Part shown: positions 36,901-38,508 of the stretch, piece after piece
How positions within the stretch are numbered: the stretch's first letter is position 1
How the letters are laid out: every line of letters starts with the position of its first letter
NCBI GenBank assembly: GCA_002633005.1
Contig: NMRA01000136.1
Span: 503,238-541,745, forward strand
Length of the DNA: 38,508 nucleotides
Origin: Phoronis australis
Lineage: Eukaryota > Animalia > Phoronida
Direction: 5' to 3'
The notes under the pieces: generated by a model
Seen by the model: the letters and a program-made list of their open reading frames with translations, nothing else
Told to the model about the DNA's origin: nothing
The model's database searches: none
Position numbers and translations under genes: made by a program

Positions 36901-37986
36901 CTTTGGGCACAGACCTACATGAATAGACTAAACGTAAAGCTTTAACAGAATTACATGTACTTACTGGAGTTTTCCACGTGGCCCAGCTAATAATCTCTCT
37001 ACAGTGCATCACAACCTGTTGAAACCAATATTCGAAATAAGCGTTTTAAATGATTGCTGAAGCTAAAAACCATCAAAACTACACTGTATATTACAACCTA
37101 ATTGACCATAGGAAAATAGGTTCAAATATCATGAGAATTTACCTGTGGTGCTTGGTACCGCAGCTATAAGCACAAGTAGCTACAAGCACAAGTATAATTT
37201 TGAATTGTACTGGCACCCTTAATTTGCATTAGTTATGCAAATTATCATGTAACAACATGCAAAGCGATTTCATTAAGCTAGATGACCAAAAGAATGTAGG
37301 TGAAAATATCATGATAGTTCATCTGTGGTGCCTGGTACAGTATCTATAAGCACAATAAGAATTTTGAATAATGGCGGCCTTACTTAATGTTCCAAGGGAT
37401 CTAAGAGGTTAAGAACCCCACTTTGCCATTTCTAAAGGGTTGTACAGCAAAAGACCTTCACTAGGGACAATGAAAAATGAATTATTTCGGTCAAGGGTGG
37501 ACCTCTTACCAAATTTTAGAAATAGGCATTATTGACCGACCCAAACTAAAAATTCACGAGAAAGACAATTCTTTTGTTGCCAACGATTTTCAACGATTTT
37601 ATCTCGGACTAGTCCGGGAGCCAGGGGGTTGAACCTGATTTTGCCGGATAAAGTTTTTTTTTTCTTTTCTGCTTCATGTAGCCTAAGGCAAACTTCTCTA
37701 CGTTGTTCAAGCCATCGTTTTATAGCAGTAATAAGATATAACGTCACTGGGCATTGGTGTTACAGTATGCGACTGGCGAATTTATACCAGAAAAAAATTT
37801 TTTAATTGAAATGTCTCTATATATTTTCAGATTTATTTTATTTGGAGTACCTGTAAACAGTCCCATTGGGAGTGGTTTGTCGATGTTCTTCGGGAGATTG
37901 AAGAAGTTGACGTCGAGGGAGTTGTTGACATACACCTGTTTATAACAAACCACTTTGAAAAATTCGACCTCGGGACTCTGTTGATG
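3589..37986 (+). CDS. Duox: Dual oxidase (DUOX/NOX family), 29 coding exons, 3'-incomplete
   Basis: Spliced ORF of 4263 nt with no stops. It carries diagnostic motifs in order: RYDGYYNN, NRTSFLAFFGQ, TGQSPGSPREQ, AAFRFGHT, RGRDNGIPDYN, RDGDRFWFEN, TM, EF-hand-like loops, TRGSASAMSF, heme His pairs, HPFTITS, GPWT, DGPYG, GGIGVT, IYFIW, KFDL. Confidence 0.96.
4370..4582. mobile_element. Old MITE, copy 2
   Basis: Right end gtttcatgcaac is the reverse complement of gttgcatgaaac at the left end of copy 1. Confidence 0.5.
5365..5438 (-). mobile_element. tRNA-derived SINE head or tRNA pseudogene
   Basis: Minus strand: A box GGCTCAGTGG, stem TCTGC-ACGGTTA-GCAGA, T arm TCGGG-TTTGAAC-CCCGG; acceptor stem incomplete. 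Confidence 0.6.
5579..5653 (+). CDS. Duox: DUOX exon 2 (GSLGVEFARYDGYYNNVNNPEWGTP)
   Basis: ttacag| ... |gtatga; peroxidase N-terminal RxDGxYNN motif. Confidence 0.93.
6004..6159 (+). CDS. Duox: DUOX exon 3 (TQLYRKIPAAYSDG...NRTSFLAFF)
   Basis: tttaag| ... |gtgggt; PxxYxDG and NRT..FFG DUOX motifs. Confidence 0.93.
6905..6995 (+). repeat. (CA)n microsatellite
   Basis: ~90-bp pure AC run. Confidence 0.98.
7821..8235 (+). repeat. 28-bp minisatellite, ~15 copies (RTGTGATGAGCTATCYRCAGTACAASCA)
   Basis: Head-to-tail units, no spacers. Confidence 0.95.
9455..9642 (+). CDS. Duox: DUOX exon 4 (GQFVSME...GCP...TGQSPGSPREQ)
   Basis: ttttag| ... |gtgaga; matches ORF 9469. Confidence 0.94.
10440..10647 (+). 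CDS. Duox: DUOX exon 5 (TNGVSSFIDGSVIY...ERQW)
   Basis: ttacag| ... |gtaagt; FIDGS motif. Confidence 0.93.
10908..11074 (+). CDS. Duox: DUOX exon 6 (TGDER...RYHN...DDETLFQAARRRVIA)
   Basis: tcatag| ... |gtaaca; peroxidase GDxR and RxHN motifs. Confidence 0.94.
11633..11693 (+). CDS. Duox: DUOX exon 7 (KIYVYDFYPAFNNDTLEPYT), GC donor
   Basis: tttcag| ... G|gcaagt; only this donor keeps frame and rebuilds PYTGY. Confidence 0.85.
12197..12293 (+). CDS. Duox: DUOX exon 8 (YKDFVHPGVS...AAFRFGHTIIPPGLYR)
   Basis: ctacag| ... |gtaagt; proximal-His motif. Confidence 0.95.
12702..12798 (+). CDS. Duox: DUOX exon 9 (DTKCNF...PAVRMCNTWF)
   Basis: cttcag| ... |gtaagt; phases 2/0 fit. Confidence 0.92.
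13664..13757 (+). CDS. Duox: DUOX exon 10 (EAFEYGLEPLILGMASQITEREDYILNKDVR)
   Basis: tcacag| ... |gtatgg; GMASQIxERED DUOX motif. Confidence 0.94.
14531..14703 (+). CDS. Duox: DUOX exon 11 (KVFGP...LNIKRGRDNGIPDYN...DINP)
   Basis: gagtag| ... |gtattg; RGRDxG motif. Confidence 0.93.
15393..15571 (+). CDS. Duox: DUOX exon 12 (...VGGLFES...GPGELF...DQFTRFRDGDRFWFEN)
   Basis: tttcag| ... |gtaaga; RDGDRFWFEN motif. Confidence 0.95.
16161..16279 (+). CDS. Duox: DUOX exon 13 (FFTDTELAEI...IQENVFFWKQ)
   Basis: tttcag| ... |gtttgg; end of peroxidase domain. Confidence 0.92.
16500..16637 (+). CDS. Duox: DUOX exon 14 (DPCEQPKQL...DFFSGSE + first TM helix)
   Basis: tttcag| ... |gtaagt; GDPCxQPxQL motif followed by a hydrophobic run. 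Confidence 0.94.
17262..17396 (+). CDS. Duox: DUOX exon 15 (end of TM, cytosolic linker)
   Basis: ttttag| ... |gtttgt; phase 1/1, continues the TM with a basic stop-transfer segment; poorly conserved. Confidence 0.75.
17605..17686 (+). repeat. 19-bp GC-rich tandem repeat, ~4 copies
   Basis: cctcttgc at 17621, 17640, 17659, 17678. Confidence 0.9.
18051..18253 (+). CDS. Duox: DUOX exon 16 (PH-like region, VMEY...GNILR...GIDL)
   Basis: tcgcag| ... |gtgagt; phases fit. Confidence 0.85.
18560..18730 (+). repeat. Same repeat family, copy 1
   Basis: ataccacaatatc...aataaccc, then ggattttggagaattatcgccc...tctagattacggg...cttcgccatgtaa. Confidence 0.75.
19529..19714 (+). CDS. Duox: DUOX exon 17 (VLCY...ILSEART...RFLFAE)
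   Basis: ccttag| ... |gtaata; DL|VL junction typical of DUOX. Confidence 0.85.
19715..19870 (+). repeat. 39-bp tandem repeat x4 starting exactly at the exon 17 splice donor
   Basis: gtaatatcaatgccttgttttaatatgaktgtgtatgcg units at 19715, 19754, 19793, 19832. Confidence 0.95.
20255..20468 (+). CDS. Duox: DUOX exon 18 (ELSRHEFAEA...degenerate EF-hand 1)
   Basis: tttcag| ... |gtaagg; LSRxEFA motif. Confidence 0.9.
20772..20865 (+). CDS. Duox: DUOX exon 19 (degenerate EF-hand 2, LFDMYDIEGRG)
   Basis: tttcag| ... |gtaggt; FxMYD motif. Confidence 0.88.
21156..21295 (+). CDS. Duox: DUOX exon 20 (third EF-like loop DLDKEQELSFDD)
   Basis: ttctag| ... |gttggt; phases 2/1 fit. Confidence 0.85.
21501..21633 (+). 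CDS. Duox: DUOX exon 21 (variable cytosolic loop)
   Basis: ccttag| ... AG|gtatga; needed to bridge phase 1 to phase 2. Confidence 0.72.
21848..22037. mobile_element. MITE (~190 bp), Harbinger-like termini
   Basis: gggcccgtgccaggaaa ... tttcttggaacggcccc imperfect TIR around an AT-rich core; TSD not resolved. Confidence 0.6.
22285..22410 (+). repeat. Same repeat family, copy 2
   Basis: taccacaatatt...taataaccc, then ctccaaaatccact...ctctagataacgggggataacgacttcgccatgtaa. Confidence 0.78.
23081..23256 (+). CDS. Duox: DUOX exon 22 (...MANYQQRIQIVLMFYLVTVALFIERF, NOX TM1)
   Basis: tttcag| ... |gtatat; NY..I and FxER motifs. Confidence 0.9.
23682..23875 (+). pseudogene. THAP-domain remnant of transposase
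   Basis: MPLCCGTIAPACPNY...GI*FFRLP...KKWLAVVKN...*AVKHLRVCGL, alignable with the THAP at 35220; two stops. Confidence 0.75.
23876..24061 (-). pseudogene. KolX-like N-terminal remnant
   Basis: MATRNPHESSSDEDF...GYQFEPKYTDQE matches SSGDEEF...GYMFEPEYNEAE of the other element. Confidence 0.7.
25635..25865 (+). CDS. Duox: DUOX exon 23 (TRGSASAMSF...MCKN...YIPFDSALTFH)
   Basis: ttacag| ... |gtaagc; TM2, loop B and first heme His. Confidence 0.95.
26174..26270 (+). CDS. Duox: DUOX exon 24 (VHVIGHMFNFYH...)
   Basis: ttgtag| ... |gtaaga; second heme His, with 13 residues between it and the first. Confidence 0.94.
27023..27233 (+). CDS. Duox: DUOX exon 25 (TGLTG...FHRLF...LHGS)
   Basis: tttcag| ... 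|gtgagg; TM4-5 with an H-x12-H heme pair. Confidence 0.95.
27657..27777 (+). CDS. Duox: DUOX exon 26 (QPWFQFFFLGPATLFACDKL...PS, TM6)
   Basis: ttctag| ... |gtaaca. Confidence 0.92.
28205..28419 (+). CDS. Duox: DUOX exon 27 (FAD-binding: PGQ...HPFTITSSP...HIR..GPWT)
   Basis: ttttag| ... |gtaggt. Confidence 0.95.
28603..29070 (-). repeat. Dispersed palindrome-containing repeat family, copy with module order A-B-A
   Basis: acatggcgaagtcgttatccccc...tctagagcccgagtg occurs at ~28604 and ~28995; module B at 28922-28982; homologous to the copies at 18560 and 22285. Confidence 0.8.
28833..28902 (+). mobile_element. tRNA-like sequence (SINE head or pseudogene)
   Basis: A box TGGTGTAGTGG, B box GGTTCGAAACC, acceptor-like pairing GCTGAG/CTCGGT; no proper anticodon arm. 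Confidence 0.55.
29720..30750 (-). pseudogene. Probable decayed tyrosine recombinase (Crypton-like) with one spliceosomal intron
   Basis: Ordered YR-like motifs across frameshifts: FLLICIIT-R-Q-P (TGxR-like), WFVELLHRKN, DPENWCFASSL..KYL, LHSARK, LG*, FAKYLR. A GTAAGT..TTTTGTAG intron at 30425-30222 joins in frame. Confidence 0.5.
31194..31349 (+). CDS. Duox: DUOX exon 28 (NADPH-binding: VDGPYG...GGIGVTSF)
   Basis: tttcag| ... |gtacgt; too short for the ORF track. Confidence 0.94.
31645..34695 (+). repeat. Degenerate tandem array of ~160-bp units (left arm, interrupted by the 31702-33695 element)
   Basis: Anchor caaattaaggccgccattattcaaaatt recurs near 31650, 33810, 33972, 34132, 34292, 34440 and 34546. 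Confidence 0.8.
31702..33695. mobile_element. Non-coding TIR DNA element (~2 kb), possibly PIF/Harbinger-like
   Basis: 29-bp TIR GG(GC/CT)AAATCACAATC(A/G)AGGTCCATATTCG at 31703-31731 / 33666-33694. Flanked by duplicated TTA(C); removing it restores the host unit aatttccttaccaagcactgcag seen intact at 33851. Confidence 0.72.
35220..36291 (+). pseudogene. Truncated Kolobok transposase: THAP domain, Ser-rich linker, CxxC...CxxGH zinc ribbon, DSPGxSAKY motif
   Basis: MPHCCCVPGC..HRFP..W..HF..AIPS. Frameshift in T8 at 36087-36094. The DGR catalytic segment expected before DSPG is missing, and homology ends at KIIDVEL. Confidence 0.85.
36286..36561 (-). pseudogene. Truncated KolX-like accessory protein (P2X7 C-terminal-like Cys cluster)
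   Basis: MAGVGD..acidic..GYMFEPEY..WCKCTVC...ECLCCSE, convergent with the transposase inside the TIRs. Confidence 0.78.
37010..37385 (-). repeat. Inverted copies of the same ~160-bp unit (right arm)
   Basis: aattttgaataatggcggcctta at ~37360 and upstream sequence are the reverse complement of the 33972-34155 unit. Confidence 0.78.
37831..37986 (+). CDS. Duox: DUOX exon 29 (IYFIWSTC...EWFVDVLREIEE...KFDL)
   Basis: tttcag| ... |gtacgt; last exon recognisable in the window. Confidence 0.93.
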
Positions 37987-38508
37987 GTACGTTTAAGCTC
38001 TAGAAGTATGTTGGACGACGTTGTGATATTTGATGTCGTTTACACTTTGCGTACTAATGCAACGGACTTGCTGTACTCTGAACACATTGTCCTGCCTGCA
38101 TGTGTTTGAACAGAGCATCCGGACAGTTGCTGAATGGCGGCTGTGCCTGGGTGATGTCATTCAAGTACATGCTCGTGAGACACTGAGGCTGATGGACCCG
38201 TGGGTAACTTTGGGTATCTAAGATCAAGTTTGAGTGTAATAATGAAAACTTAGCGACGTTGCGTCCGCATCTCACGTCACAAGCCCAGCTGAAGTCCGTG
38301 AGATGCGGACGCAACCTCGCTAATTTTTGCAAGTTTTTATTCCAGTATTAGACTCAATCTTGATCTGTTTTCTCGACTGGTTGTCTCAAAATTTTCATGT
38401 TTTTGGGTATCTAATTCAGTCACCTATGTTTTGAAATAGTAAAACTAGTAAAAGTAAAATGAGTGTCGGTACTAAAGTATATTAAAATATCCCCACGTCT
38501 CGAGAGAG

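Noticed and set aside
38030-38221. ORF as the final DUOX exon (acceptor-like gaacag at 38113)
   Set aside because: The peptide lacks the GRP, CGP and ExF motifs of the NOX C-terminus; the true last exons probably lie beyond the window.

Overview
Eukaryotic (metazoan, probably marine invertebrate) genomic DNA. Almost the whole window is one intron-rich + strand gene for a dual oxidase (DUOX). I assembled 29 coding exons by hand from 3589 to 37986 (4263 nt, 1421 codons); all intron phases are compatible, and one intron is GC-AG. The protein reads signal peptide, peroxidase-homology domain, TM helix, PH-like region, EF-hand region, six-TM ferric-reductase domain with four heme His, FAD-binding HPFT and the start of the NADPH domain. 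The last ~80 aa are not in the window. This DUOX is divergent: both canonical EF-hand loops have lost Ca2+ ligands, and several normally conserved NADPH-site residues are changed (GIGVTP>GIGVTS, WVTR>WSTC, CRN>CKN). The introns hold: two separate internally deleted Kolobok-type DNA transposons (TTAA TSD, THAP transposase 5' end facing a convergent KolX/P2X7-ballast-like 5' end); a TIR element nested in a foldback-like array of ~160-bp units; a probable decayed, intron-containing tyrosine-recombinase gene beside a palindromic repeat family; tRNA-derived SINE heads; MITEs; and micro- and minisatellites. One 39-bp repeat multiplies a splice donor in frame. All calls come from manual reading and recalled family motifs; no searches were run.
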